DNA from: an uncultured virus (IMG/VR IMGVR_UViG_3300021961_000062)
Lineage: Duplodnaviria > Heunggongvirae > Uroviricota > Caudoviricetes
Direction: 5' to 3' (one strand)
IMG/VR virus record: IMGVR_UViG_3300021961_000062
Location: 1 to 64,000 of that record
Length of the DNA stretch: 64,000 nucleotides
The position numbers were made by a program, and so were the translations under genes. Positions within the stretch are counted from its first letter, which is position 1. The number at the start of each line of letters is the position of its first letter. The notes beneath the pieces were generated by a model. That model had not been told where the DNA came from. It searched no databases and was given only the letters and a program-made list of their open reading frames with translations. Below, one piece after another: positions 35,945-46,034 of the stretch.

Positions 35945-36868
35945 ATGTTATTAAAAGTAGGATCAAAAGGAGAACTCGTAAAAGATGTTCAGGAAGTTGT
36001 TGGGGTTACCGCAGATGGTGTCTTTGGACCTGGTACAGAAGCGGCAGTAAAAAAATGGCAATCAGCAAACGGATTAACTGCCGATGGAATTGTTGGTAAT
36101 GCAACATTAGGGAAGATGGGATTGTTAGACACGGATAGATCTATTAGTGAATCTATTCCTGAAGCTTCTTCAGGTTTGTACACTAAAAAAACATACACAT
36201 CCCCTAATGGTATTGAAGTGATTGAGTATTTCATGCCAAAAGACGAGTATTTGAAGGGTCCAATTAAACCCGAATGGTTATTCTTACATCACACCGCGGG
36301 TTGGCATAACCCGTATAACACAATTAAATCGTGGGATGCGGATAAAAGTGGTCAAATTGCCACAGAATTTGTTTTAGGTGGACAATCTGTAAAGGGTAAC
36401 GATGATCAGTATGATGGTATATTAGTACAAGCATTTCCTAAAGGAAACTATGCGTGGCATTTAGGTAAGAACGGATCACAGACGATGCATAAAAACTCTG
36501 TAGGTATCGAAGTTTGTAATTTTGGATACGTTGTTAACGGAAAGACCTACGCGGGATCAACCGTAGATGAATCCCAAATTGTTAAATTGTCAAAACCATT
36601 TAGAGGTCATACTGATTGGCACAGATATTCTGATAAACAGATTGAGGTTTTACATAAGTGGATTCTTTGGATTGCGGAAAGAGACGGTATCGATGTAAGA
36701 GCTGGGTTACCCGCATTAGTTAAGAAAAACGGGGCGGACGCTTTCGAGTTTAATGACGACGCTTATTATGGTAAAGTTAAAGGTCTTTGGACCCATACTA
36801 ATACAAGAAAAGATAAGGTTGACATGTTCCCTCAACAAGAGTTGATGGATATGTTAGTGAGTCTATAA
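35945..36868 (+). CDS. Endolysin: PG-binding domain + N-acetylmuramoyl-L-alanine amidase (Amidase_2)
   Basis: ADGVFGPGT/ADGIVG repeats; LHHTAG, AWHLG, SVGIEV, TH...K.D. Confidence 0.88.
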   Translation: MLLKVGSKGELVKDVQEVVGVTADGVFGPGTEAAVKKWQSANGLTADGIVGNATLGKMGLLDTDRSISESIPEASSGLYTKKTYTSPNGIEVIEYFMPKDEYLKGPIKPEWLFLHHTAGWHNPYNTIKSWDADKSGQIATEFVLGGQSVKGNDDQYDGILVQAFPKGNYAWHLGKNGSQTMHKNSVGIEVCNFGYVVNGKTYAGSTVDESQIVKLSKPFRGHTDWHRYSDKQIEVLHKWILWIAERDGIDVRAGLPALVKKNGADAFEFNDDAYYGKVKGLWTHTNTRKDKVDMFPQQELMDMLVSL

Positions 36869-36869
36869 A

Positions 36870-36973
36870 AAATAAACCCCAACAAGGATGCTGGGGTTTT
36901 AGGTCTACATTGGGTTCAACCCCAATGCTTTAACGAGAAAAAACGAAAAGGTAATCGGCAAAGAGAACCTTCG
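36870..36973 (-). ncRNA. Candidate late small RNA B, complementary to RNA A
   Basis: TATTTAT 36978-36984 with no ORF behind it; CATTGGGT/ACCCAATG hairpin; terminator 36874-36900 shared with the endolysin. Confidence 0.55.
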
Positions 36974-37015
36974 ATGTATAAATATATATTTTTTTTAAAA
37001 AAGTTCAGATTTTAG

Positions 37016-39031
37016 TTAAATGAGGGGAAGATTTTTGGAAATTTCCAAATTCCCCTCTTTTATTTTTAACAAGATCTCCACATTTTCTACAATATTACCC
37101 ATCAAAATTTCATCACTTATAAAATCTTCACATAGATTTTGAATAATTCTTTTGATTGGTCGGGCACCATACTCTTCCTCAGAATTAAGTTTCAAAATTT
37201 CGTCATAAACGGTTTTGTCAAAAGTTATTTTATAAGAATTCTCGTTTAACCTATTAATTAAAGACTGTAGTTCAATCTGTACGATTTTTCTTAGAGATTT
37301 ATCATCTAACTTGTTGAAGACGATTATATCATCTACCCTATTTAAGAATTCTGGTGAGAATTGTTGCTTCAAAGACTTCTTTATAATTGAATCTCTTACT
37401 TTTTCTTGGTTATTATCGTTTGTGAACCCGACACCACCACCAAAATCAGATACTTTCTTAGCACCAATATTTGATGTCATAATAATCAGAGTGTTTGTGA
37501 AATTAACTTTCCTACCAAAAGAATCGGTTAAGTGACCTTCATCCAAAATCTGTAGTAGAATGTTAAAGACATCCTTATGTGCCTTTTCAATTTCATCAAA
37601 TAAAACAACGGAGAATGGATTGTTTTTTATCTTCTCCGTCAATTGACCACCTTCGTCGTATCCAACGTACCCGGGAGGAGACCCAATCAAACGAGAAACA
37701 TTATGTTTTTCCATAAACTCACTCATATCGACCCTAATAATTTTTTCAGGATCCCCAAAAAGTGTTTTAGCTAATGTTTTGGCTAAGTGTGTTTTACCAA
37801 CACCGGTAGATCCTAAAAACATGAATGACCCAATGGGTTTATTTGCGTTTTTAACACCGACTCTGTTTCTTCTTATTGATTTTGAGATTTTAGAAACCGC
37901 ATCGTCTTGACCAATAACATTTTTAGAGATGGTTTTTTCTAACGATAATAAAGATTTACTTTCTTTGGTGTCCAATTTTGAGATTGGTACTCCCGTCATG
38001 GAGGTAATGAGATTATAAACATCCTCAACACTAATCTCTTTTCTGTTTACTTGTTGTTCGTCGTTCCATTTTTTCTTTTCTGACTCCAACTTTTTGAGGA
38101 CCTTCTTTTCTTCATCTCTGAGTTGTGCCGCCTGTTCATAGTCTTGACTTTTTACGACCTCTAATTTTCTTGTTTTGATTTTCTCCGATTCCTTTTTTAA
38201 CTTCTCAATAGAGTCGGGAATCTTCACATTTATTTTTTTCTCAGAACCTAATTCATCCAAAACGTCAATCGCCTTATCGGGAAACTGTTTATCAGTAATA
38301 TATCTTTTACTAAGGGATACGATAGTTTCGATAACATTAGAATTATAAGAAACCCTGTGAAACTCCTCATATGAAGGTTTTAAGTTGTAAAGAATATCAA
38401 TTGTTTCATCCACAGTGGGTTCGTTAAGTATAATTTTTTGAAATCTCCTTACCAACGCACCATCTTTTTCAATGTTCTTTTTGAATTCATCAAATGTTGT
38501 GGCACCAATACATTGAATTTCTCCTCGAGCCAATGCGGGTTTTAAAATATTCGCAGCATCCATAGACCCCGACGCATTACCCGCACCAACCATAGTGTGA
38601 ATTTCGTCTATAAAGACAATTACGTTTGGGGCTTCCTGTAGTTCATTTAAGATAGCTTTAATTCTCTCTTCAAACTGTCCCCTATACTTTGTACCTGCAA
38701 CTAAAGATGTGAGGTCTAAGGACATTATTCGTTTATCCAGTAGATTGGTGGGACAGTTACCGTTTGTAATTAGTAGGGCTAACTTTTCTACTAACGCAGA
38801 TTTACCCACACCCGCGTCACCAACGATGACAACGTTATTTTTCTTTTTCCTTGATAGTATTTGGGCTATTCTCATAACCTCCTTACCCCTACCTATGATA
38901 GGATCTATCAACCCCTCACTCGCCAATCGAGTGAGATCCCTTGAGAAGTTATCGAGTACTGGTGTATTAGACCCTCTCTTACTTTTTCTCTGTTGTGATG
39001 GTGACCCACCTTCAAAAAAATCCACGGACAT
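37016..39031 (-). CDS. clpC: ClpC-like AAA+ unfoldase lacking the N-terminal Clp-repeat domain
   Basis: Two AAA+ modules (GDAGVGKS, GSTGVGKT), pore loops KYRG/GYVG, UVR domain QDYEQAAQLRD, VGF ClpP-docking loop. Confidence 0.9.
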   Translation of the reverse strand: MSVDFFEGGSPSQQRKSKRGSNTPVLDNFSRDLTRLASEGLIDPIIGRGKEVMRIAQILSRKKKNNVVIVGDAGVGKSALVEKLALLITNGNCPTNLLDKRIMSLDLTSLVAGTKYRGQFEERIKAILNELQEAPNVIVFIDEIHTMVGAGNASGSMDAANILKPALARGEIQCIGATTFDEFKKNIEKDGALVRRFQKIILNEPTVDETIDILYNLKPSYEEFHRVSYNSNVIETIVSLSKRYITDKQFPDKAIDVLDELGSEKKINVKIPDSIEKLKKESEKIKTRKLEVVKSQDYEQAAQLRDEEKKVLKKLESEKKKWNDEQQVNRKEISVEDVYNLITSMTGVPISKLDTKESKSLLSLEKTISKNVIGQDDAVSKISKSIRRNRVGVKNANKPIGSFMFLGSTGVGKTHLAKTLAKTLFGDPEKIIRVDMSEFMEKHNVSRLIGSPPGYVGYDEGGQLTEKIKNNPFSVVLFDEIEKAHKDVFNILLQILDEGHLTDSFGRKVNFTNTLIIMTSNIGAKKVSDFGGGVGFTNDNNQEKVRDSIIKKSLKQQFSPEFLNRVDDIIVFNKLDDKSLRKIVQIELQSLINRLNENSYKITFDKTVYDEILKLNSEEEYGARPIKRIIQNLCEDFISDEILMGNIVENVEILLKIKEGNLEISKNLPLI

Positions 39032-39088
39032 ATGTATCTTGTTTTAACTTTTATAAAGATAACAAAAATTGAACTAAGAGTCAATAGA

Positions 39089-39180
39089 TGTCAAAATGTC
39101 ATAATATTATTTTTTATTTTAACTAATATATGAAAAAATGTCATAATATTCTAATTTTTTTTCATTGGCACCTGATTTGA
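39089..39180 (+). promoter_or_regulatory. sigma54-like promoter with upstream repeated boxes
   Basis: TGGCAC-N5-TTGA at 39166-39180; TGTCAAAATGTCA 39089-39101 and TGAAAAAATGTCA 39131-39143. Confidence 0.5.
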
Positions 39181-39220
39181 AATAGGTGGTTTATAATAAT
39201 AAATCTTAAAAAAAAATAAT

Positions 39221-39601
39221 ATGATTACTTTACTTAAAAACGATCCGTTTTTTACTAACTTATTAGATTTGGTTTTCGATGCTGAAGATGAAAATTTATG
39301 GAAAGGTCATGTACACGTACATAAGTCTGTTAATGATGAGGGTATTACCTTAGAGTTTATTGTTCCAGGTTTAACAAAGGAGGATGTTTCAATTCTTGCT
39401 GAGGACAGAGTGTTGAGGATTGAGTATTCGCCCGATGAAGGGAAGAAGAATAAATTTGTGGGGTCGTTCCGAAGATCATACACTATGGGTGACGATTTAG
39501 ATAATAAAAAGGTCGAAGCCAAACTTGAGAATGGGATACTGACAATTAATATTCCAAAACTAAAAAAGAAAAATACTCAAAGAAGTATTTCAATCAACTA
39601 A
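39221..39601 (+). CDS. Small heat-shock protein (Hsp20)
   Basis: VPGLTKEDV, SFRRSY, AKLENGILTINIPK, C-terminal IxI. Confidence 0.92.
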   Translation: MITLLKNDPFFTNLLDLVFDAEDENLWKGHVHVHKSVNDEGITLEFIVPGLTKEDVSILAEDRVLRIEYSPDEGKKNKFVGSFRRSYTMGDDLDNKKVEAKLENGILTINIPKLKKKNTQRSISIN

Positions 39602-39603
39602 TC

Positions 39604-39632
39604 CAATTCCCCCAATCGGGGGAATTGTTTTT
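39604..39632 (+). terminator. Intrinsic terminator
   Basis: CAATTCCCCC-AATC-GGGGGAATTGTTTTT. Confidence 0.8.
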
Positions 39633-39712
39633 TACGGGATATTTATTAGTTACATCAGACTGACTTGATTTTGTCGATGAAATTTATTATATTTTAATTA
39701 AAATTAAAAAAT

Positions 39713-39958
39713 ATGGCGGTTACATCAGAAAAAATCAACGGTAAGGAGATACTTGTCGAGATTCAATCATCGAATTTGAAGTCTGCGTCTTATAATACTG
39801 AAGACGAAACATTACAGGTCACTTTTAATAGTGGGGGTGTTTATGAGTATTATAAGGTTCCGTGGGAAAAGTTCACAAAACTTAGGATGGCGGAATCCCA
39901 AGGAAGGTTTTTCAATTTACAAATTGCGAAAACCCACGAGTACAAAAAACTGAAATGA
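39713..39958 (+). CDS. KTSC domain protein
   Basis: SSNLKSASYN...LQVTFNSGGVYEY..VP...AESQGRFFN. Confidence 0.88.
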   Translation: MAVTSEKINGKEILVEIQSSNLKSASYNTEDETLQVTFNSGGVYEYYKVPWEKFTKLRMAESQGRFFNLQIAKTHEYKKLK

Positions 39959-40740
39959 GAAATAGTCAGATTGTTGATGAACTAATCGAGGAAATAGGTA
40001 ATAACCAAGAGATTGTTAAATCTTTTGAAACTAAAGATTCACTATGCTCCGACATATTTGTTGAGGAGGGTGGTGAATTTTCTATGCATAAAGAGATCAG
40101 AGATAGACTTTTAGAAATAACTGAGGAATTTATGGATTTCGTCGACGTTGACTTCTTTATTCATGATATCATATTAACAGGATCTTTAGCCAATTATAAT
40201 TGGTCAAATTATTCAGATGTTGATTTACATATTATGGTTGACTTTGATGAAATAGGTAATAAAACATCGGTTGGTTTAGAAACTATCATAAAAAACTTCT
40301 TCGATTCAAAGAGAAGTTTGTGGAATAAACAACATGAGATAAAAATAAAGGGTTTTGATTGTGAGATTTACGTTCAAGACGTAGATGAAAAGCACCTCGC
40401 ATCAGGCATATATTCTATATTAAACGATAAGTGGATAATAACCCCTGAAAAAACTAACCCATCAATTGATAAAGAACTTATAATTAAAAAAGCAGATAAA
40501 TTTGAACAATTGATAGACGACGTTCAGGATAAATTTAAGAGCGGGGATGACGTTGAGAAAGATATTTTAAATATAAAACAGTCCTTAAAGAAATTTAGAC
40601 AGTGTGGTTTAGACACCGGTGGGGAGTATTCCTATGAGAATTTGGCGTTTAAACTTCTTAGACGTAACGGTTACATTGCCACCTTAATGGATATCCAAAG
40701 TAAAAATAAGGATAAGAAATTATCCATAGCACAACAGTAA
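39955..40740 (+). CDS. Pol-beta superfamily nucleotidyltransferase
   Basis: LTGSLANYNW..YSDVDLH and EIYVQD; ATGA-coupled to KTSC gene. Confidence 0.75.
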   Translation: MRNSQIVDELIEEIGNNQEIVKSFETKDSLCSDIFVEEGGEFSMHKEIRDRLLEITEEFMDFVDVDFFIHDIILTGSLANYNWSNYSDVDLHIMVDFDEIGNKTSVGLETIIKNFFDSKRSLWNKQHEIKIKGFDCEIYVQDVDEKHLASGIYSILNDKWIITPEKTNPSIDKELIIKKADKFEQLIDDVQDKFKSGDDVEKDILNIKQSLKKFRQCGLDTGGEYSYENLAFKLLRRNGYIATLMDIQSKNKDKKLSIAQQ

Positions 40741-40808
40741 ACGAAATATTTTTCTTGATATTGTTGTATTTATAGAGTAAGAATAAGTTATTAACAAATA
40801 ATTGTAAT

Positions 40809-41825
40809 ATGTCAGATCTTAAACCATTAGGTAGTGAGAAACTACAAGGTGATGATAAACTAAAAAGAATAATGGAGATTGCCAACTATGGTAGATCACC
40901 TAAAAAAGTCATCACTGAAACTGTATCAACTGCCAACGTTGAATTCATTAAAGAGTCTACTAACGGTACATATGGTATTGTTAGAGAAAAAGACGGATAC
41001 TATGTAAAAAAGGGACTTAATGAAAGTTCATTAGATTATATTGGTGGAATCTTCATGAAAAATAAAAATAAGTTTTCATCTTATGCTGAAGCATTAAAAA
41101 GATTGGAACTTATTAGTGGAGAGGAGAACTCTTTAAATGAGGCCAAAAAATATATTTTAAAAAAATCTTCAGCTTCTACGGAGCCTGTTGAGAATGTTCC
41201 CGCAGCACCAGTTGCGGCGGAACCCGCACCGGCACCTGCACCTGAGGCTCCTGTAGGTGATTTACCCCCTGCTGATGGTGGTATTTCAGACATTCCTTCG
41301 GACGTAGAAGATATGGGTGGAGAAGAAAATGGTGGTGAGGAAAATGGGAAGAGATCTGATTACATGGATGAGGTACAAAAATTCTCGGGTAAATTAGGAC
41401 AAGCACTTAGAGATGTTAAGGAAAAAATGATGAGTGATGACATAAAATATGTTATTAACATGGTTCTTTCCGCAGTTGACTTAGATGCTTTAGACGATGA
41501 GGATAAAGAAGAGATAGCAGAAAGATTTGAACCTGAGGAGGACGATTTTGTAGAACCATCATATGATGATGTACCCGCAGAAGAACCAGAATCAAGTGAG
41601 GAAATCGATGAAATAATGGCTAAACTAGAAAGTTTTGTTGACACACCTGTTGAAGAGGAGGGTCAGGTCGAAGAAAAAATCGATTTAGACCAATTTAACG
41701 ACTTAGGTATTGAAGAAGATATTTCTGAGGAATCTGATGACGAGGAGGTTGAAATAGACTTAGAGGATCTCAAAAGTGAAATCAACAAACATGTTGAGTC
41801 AACTTTGAGTAAATACTTTAAGTAA
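40809..41825 (+). CDS. Acidic late protein, probably head-associated
   Basis: TATTTAT 40767-40773; Pro/Ala linker; ITE/LNE motifs. Confidence 0.5.
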   Translation: MSDLKPLGSEKLQGDDKLKRIMEIANYGRSPKKVITETVSTANVEFIKESTNGTYGIVREKDGYYVKKGLNESSLDYIGGIFMKNKNKFSSYAEALKRLELISGEENSLNEAKKYILKKSSASTEPVENVPAAPVAAEPAPAPAPEAPVGDLPPADGGISDIPSDVEDMGGEENGGEENGKRSDYMDEVQKFSGKLGQALRDVKEKMMSDDIKYVINMVLSAVDLDALDDEDKEEIAERFEPEEDDFVEPSYDDVPAEEPESSEEIDEIMAKLESFVDTPVEEEGQVEEKIDLDQFNDLGIEEDISEESDDEEVEIDLEDLKSEINKHVESTLSKYFK

Positions 41826-41826
41826 T

Positions 41827-42231
41827 ATGAGACTTATCTATATCAATGAGATTGGGTCTGATTATAAGGGTCAGAAACAATATGAGTTCATTTTCAGTGA
41901 TCAAACAGAATTTGATATAGAGGAATGGTATCACATACCCGCATCGACATATCCCGAGTCACTTTCTCCCGATTTAGAGTACATTTCATATGTGGGGGTA
42001 TTAAAAAATTCCGATATAGATTTAGACTTGGTTCAAAAGTCTGACTATTTTGGAATTATTGATGCTGTCGATGGTGTCATCTCATTAGGGTGGGAGAAAT
42101 ACGATATAGAAAGTGAGTTCGAAAGACTTACTTTTTCTTTTGGGGATAAGATTGAAAGTGTGAAGAAAAAAATAGAATCTAGAGGATTCCATCTAATAAA
42201 AGAGGAATTAAATTTTAATACGGGGTTATGA
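41827..42231 (+). CDS. Hypothetical protein
   Basis: In the late operon. Confidence 0.55.
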   Translation: MRLIYINEIGSDYKGQKQYEFIFSDQTEFDIEEWYHIPASTYPESLSPDLEYISYVGVLKNSDIDLDLVQKSDYFGIIDAVDGVISLGWEKYDIESEFERLTFSFGDKIESVKKKIESRGFHLIKEELNFNTGL

Positions 42232-42836
42232 GAAGAAAACAAATTATACAAAATCTTTTAAAGGAAGGTTTAAGTGAAAAATTTTTATCAAAATTAACTG
42301 ATAAACAAATTATCGATTTGTCTCATAGATTATTGTCTGAAGCCACCTTTGAGGTTTCTGCAGAAAAAGTAGATACAATAAAAGATAAGGTTGGTCCTGA
42401 CGATATAGTTAAGGTTTCAGAGGAAGAAGAGACTAACGAGGCATCTTCTCCCCAACAACAGGCGGCAATTGCTATCTCTAAAAAGAAAAAGAAAGAAAAC
42501 AAGGAGATTAATGAATGGGTGGATAATTTGGTTACTTCTAACTATCACCCCGAAATCACCACTAAAAAAGATATCTATGAAATGATAGGGTCATTATCAG
42601 ACAGTGTTGATAATCTTTCAGCGGCAAAAAATATGTTTGCCGTTGATGAACAACAACCATCACCATCTAAACCCGATACTGATGCCCCTGTGAGAGAAAA
42701 ACCAACAACAAGACCTGGTAAACCCTCAAGAGAAAACCCTTTTCAACCAAAACACACACCTAAACCTAAAGCTGAACTTCCAAAAGAACTTACGTTTAGT
42801 GCTTTAGGACTTGACTTAAAACAGGTGGCAGAATGA
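42228..42836 (+). CDS. Hypothetical late protein
   Basis: ATGA coupling; ASSPQQQAAIAI segment. Confidence 0.55.
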   Translation: MRRKQIIQNLLKEGLSEKFLSKLTDKQIIDLSHRLLSEATFEVSAEKVDTIKDKVGPDDIVKVSEEEETNEASSPQQQAAIAISKKKKKENKEINEWVDNLVTSNYHPEITTKKDIYEMIGSLSDSVDNLSAAKNMFAVDEQQPSPSKPDTDAPVREKPTTRPGKPSRENPFQPKHTPKPKAELPKELTFSALGLDLKQVAE

Positions 42837-44161
42837 TCAGTAAGAAAGAACTTTTAGAAACTATTAAGGGTTTAAAAGAAATGCCGATGGATTATGGGGA
42901 TAACCCTGAAAGAATTAGTCCTGATATTGAGGATAAATTGGCAAACAAAGAAACCCCTTTTAAAGATAACCCCGCATTTCCTGAGGAGGAACCTGACGGA
43001 CTACCCTCTAATTGGGAAGAACTATTGGCATCTAAAAGATTTCAGGATGTTATTGCCAAAGTAAAAAGGTACACAGGACAAGAAGGTAACGTAACTAACC
43101 AAAACACATTCATGCAATTAATTGGGACAATGCAAAGAATGTTATCAAATGTGTTTCAATTTGAATCACAGAACAAAGAATATTTGGAGAACCTTGCCGT
43201 TGAATTGGTCAAAAAAGAGATGGCATTACCCGAAGGGGCGCTACAATTTGATGCAAAATTAGTGGGTATGGGTGGAATTGATCCTGAGGGTTTCCAACAA
43301 CAGTCCCAAGACCCTAGTGAAGAAGAAATTGAACAACAATTTGGGGTTAATTCTGAAGAGGCTCAGGAGGACTTGGAAGATTTTATCGACGCCTTTGAAA
43401 AGTTCGATCAAGAAACTGCGAAAAGAAGATTTATAAACGCATTAATACAAGGAGCATCTAAGAAAGGACATTACATGTTTGAATTGGTTGCTAACGAGTT
43501 GAATGAGAGAAATCCAAATATCGTAACTCAATATGGTATTTTAATGTCTGTTAATGATTTAATGTATTGGGTTTTACCTGAGGGTACAATTCAACAAGGA
43601 ATGGAAGGTGGAAGTTTTGCCGGTAAAGAGGAGGTGGATACTGAAACAGACCCACCAACGATTAGAGCAAGGGCAATTTTCTTTCCTGCGTTAATACATG
43701 AGATTATTAAAGGTGTAATGGAAGTTATGGGAACTCAAGGGTTACCTGACGACCCTAAATCAGCTGAGATGGTTATGGGTAAAGCCGATACACTTCCTGC
43801 TGAGATATGGGATTTAAGATTAGGTCCTGTTATTTGGGAGAAGTTCAGATCATCATATCCTGACAAATTAGAGGATGACGATCTAAAACACATACAGAAT
43901 TACTTATTCTCACGTTTTTCGGCGTTAGACACTGAAGAGTTTTTTAAAGTTTCAAAAGAAATATTAAAAGGATCTGAATTAGGAAAGAATATCATAAACA
44001 GAATGGTTAATCAAATTATCGAAGACCTTAAAACCGAAGACTATGAAGAAGATCAATACAATCGGGAGTTTGGGGATGAGGACGATGGTTTGAGTGGGTT
44101 CCTTGGTTCATTGGGAATCGGACTCTCACCTGATGATGACGATGACGGACCAACCGTATAA
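42833..44161 (+). CDS. Hypothetical late protein
   Basis: 442 aa directly upstream of terminase; followed by terminator 44167-44194. Confidence 0.6.
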   Translation: MISKKELLETIKGLKEMPMDYGDNPERISPDIEDKLANKETPFKDNPAFPEEEPDGLPSNWEELLASKRFQDVIAKVKRYTGQEGNVTNQNTFMQLIGTMQRMLSNVFQFESQNKEYLENLAVELVKKEMALPEGALQFDAKLVGMGGIDPEGFQQQSQDPSEEEIEQQFGVNSEEAQEDLEDFIDAFEKFDQETAKRRFINALIQGASKKGHYMFELVANELNERNPNIVTQYGILMSVNDLMYWVLPEGTIQQGMEGGSFAGKEEVDTETDPPTIRARAIFFPALIHEIIKGVMEVMGTQGLPDDPKSAEMVMGKADTLPAEIWDLRLGPVIWEKFRSSYPDKLEDDDLKHIQNYLFSRFSALDTEEFFKVSKEILKGSELGKNIINRMVNQIIEDLKTEDYEEDQYNREFGDEDDGLSGFLGSLGIGLSPDDDDDGPTV

Positions 44162-44207
44162 AATCTAAAGTGGTCATAATCGACCACTTTTTTTGTATTT
44201 ATAGGAT

Positions 44208-45989
44208 ATGGATAAGAACAAATTAATACAACTTAAGGAATATGCGAAGATCATGAAGGATACTCCATACGCCTTAAAGACATATCTTCAAACATACGAT
44301 AACACCCAAAAGAAGTATGTACCGTTAGAGTTATTCCCTGACCAAGAACAACTAATTCTTGATTATGATAACTATAATGAAAACATTACCCGTAAGTACA
44401 GACAGGCGGGTGTGTCAACAGTAACTGCGGCTTGGTTATCCAAGAAAATACAAACCGCAAGTCCAACAGAACCTGAAAGGATTCTAATCATTGCGAACAA
44501 AAGAGATACCGCTATTGAAATGGCAAATAAGATTCGTCATTTTTTGGACCAATGGCCCGAATGGATGAATGTTGGTTTTTCCCCCGATAAGAACTCGGAG
44601 AGTAGGTTTAGAATGAATAATGGGTCCGAAGTAAAGGCGGTGGCAACATCGGCAGACGCACTTCGTGGTTTTACGCCAACAGTACTCGTATTTGACGAAG
44701 CCGCATACATTGAAGCGGGAGAAGATTTTTGGGCTGCGTGTATGGCATCCTTATCTACGGGTGGTAAGGTTATTTTGATCTCTACCCCGAACGGTTATGA
44801 CCCAATTTATTATGGTGTTTATGATCAGGCTTTAAGAGGGATGAATGATTTTAAAGTAACTGATTTAAGATGGTTTAAAGACCCTCGTTACGCATCTGAT
44901 TTAAAATGGTTAAAGGTTGAAGATATCATTCATTATATGTTGAATAGAGAGATGTATAATGACGATGAGATCACATTAAACGAAGGTTGGGAACGTTACA
45001 CAGAGTTACTCGAACAGGGATATAAACCATACTCTCATTGGTTTGAGAATATGGCTAAGAAATTTAAATATGATAAGAGGAAAATCGCACAAGAATTAGA
45101 ATGTGATTTCCTTGGATCAGGAGATGGGGTGATTCCCAATTCAATACAAGAGAGAATAAGTAAGAATGAGATTAAAGAACCGATTGAAAAATACATGCAA
45201 GGTACTTTCTGGTTATGGAAAGAACCTGTTGAGGGTCATAGATATATTATGGGTGTTGATGTTTCCAGAGGCGATAGTGCCGATGCCTCATCAATATGTG
45301 TTATTGATTTTGATGAAAACGAACAGGTCGCTGAATACATTGGTAAGATACCCCCAGACGACTTGGCGGGTGTTGTATACAAGTGGGCGACACTTTATAA
45401 AGCGTTCGTAGTAATTGATATAACTGGTGGTATGGGTATTGCCACATCGAGGAAACTACAAGAAATGGGATATAAAGACCTTTATATTGATGGGGTTAAT
45501 TCTATGAATATATGGGACTATAACAAGAAAGGACAAGATAAAATACCAGGTATTAATTTTAATAATAAGAGAGCCCAAATTGTTGCAGCATTTGAGGAAC
45601 GTTTGAGACATGGTTTTGGTGTTAGGTCTTCTCGTTTATTGAACGAATTAAATACGTTTGTTTATGTAAATGGTAGACCCGATCATATGAAGGGGGCTCA
45701 CGATGACGCCATTATGGCCATGGCTATTGCTATGTATGTTGCAGATATTTCCTTCACACAATTACAAAGAAGTGACAGTACCAATAAGGCGATGTTAGAT
45801 TCATGGTTATTGTCCGAAAGGACTTATGAGACTAGTAAATCATTTTATTCCCACGGGACCGCTTTCGATGCAATTGGGTCAATGGCAACTGATAATCGTC
45901 ATTACCCACCCCAAATGGGTAATGCAATACCAAAAGAGGCGTACCAAGAACATTCGTGGTTATTTGGTAAAAGGACTAAACAGTTTTAA
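44208..45989 (+). CDS. terL: Terminase large subunit (T4 gp17-like)
   Basis: KYRQAGVST Walker A, VFDEAA Walker B, ISTPNG, GVDVSRG and HDDAIM nuclease motifs. Confidence 0.95.
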   Translation: MDKNKLIQLKEYAKIMKDTPYALKTYLQTYDNTQKKYVPLELFPDQEQLILDYDNYNENITRKYRQAGVSTVTAAWLSKKIQTASPTEPERILIIANKRDTAIEMANKIRHFLDQWPEWMNVGFSPDKNSESRFRMNNGSEVKAVATSADALRGFTPTVLVFDEAAYIEAGEDFWAACMASLSTGGKVILISTPNGYDPIYYGVYDQALRGMNDFKVTDLRWFKDPRYASDLKWLKVEDIIHYMLNREMYNDDEITLNEGWERYTELLEQGYKPYSHWFENMAKKFKYDKRKIAQELECDFLGSGDGVIPNSIQERISKNEIKEPIEKYMQGTFWLWKEPVEGHRYIMGVDVSRGDSADASSICVIDFDENEQVAEYIGKIPPDDLAGVVYKWATLYKAFVVIDITGGMGIATSRKLQEMGYKDLYIDGVNSMNIWDYNKKGQDKIPGINFNNKRAQIVAAFEERLRHGFGVRSSRLLNELNTFVYVNGRPDHMKGAHDDAIMAMAIAMYVADISFTQLQRSDSTNKAMLDSWLLSERTYETSKSFYSHGTAFDAIGSMATDNRHYPPQMGNAIPKEAYQEHSWLFGKRTKQF

Positions 45990-46034
45990 ATGTCAAAAAA
46001 AATTCGTATATTATAAAGTTTAATATTTATTAGT

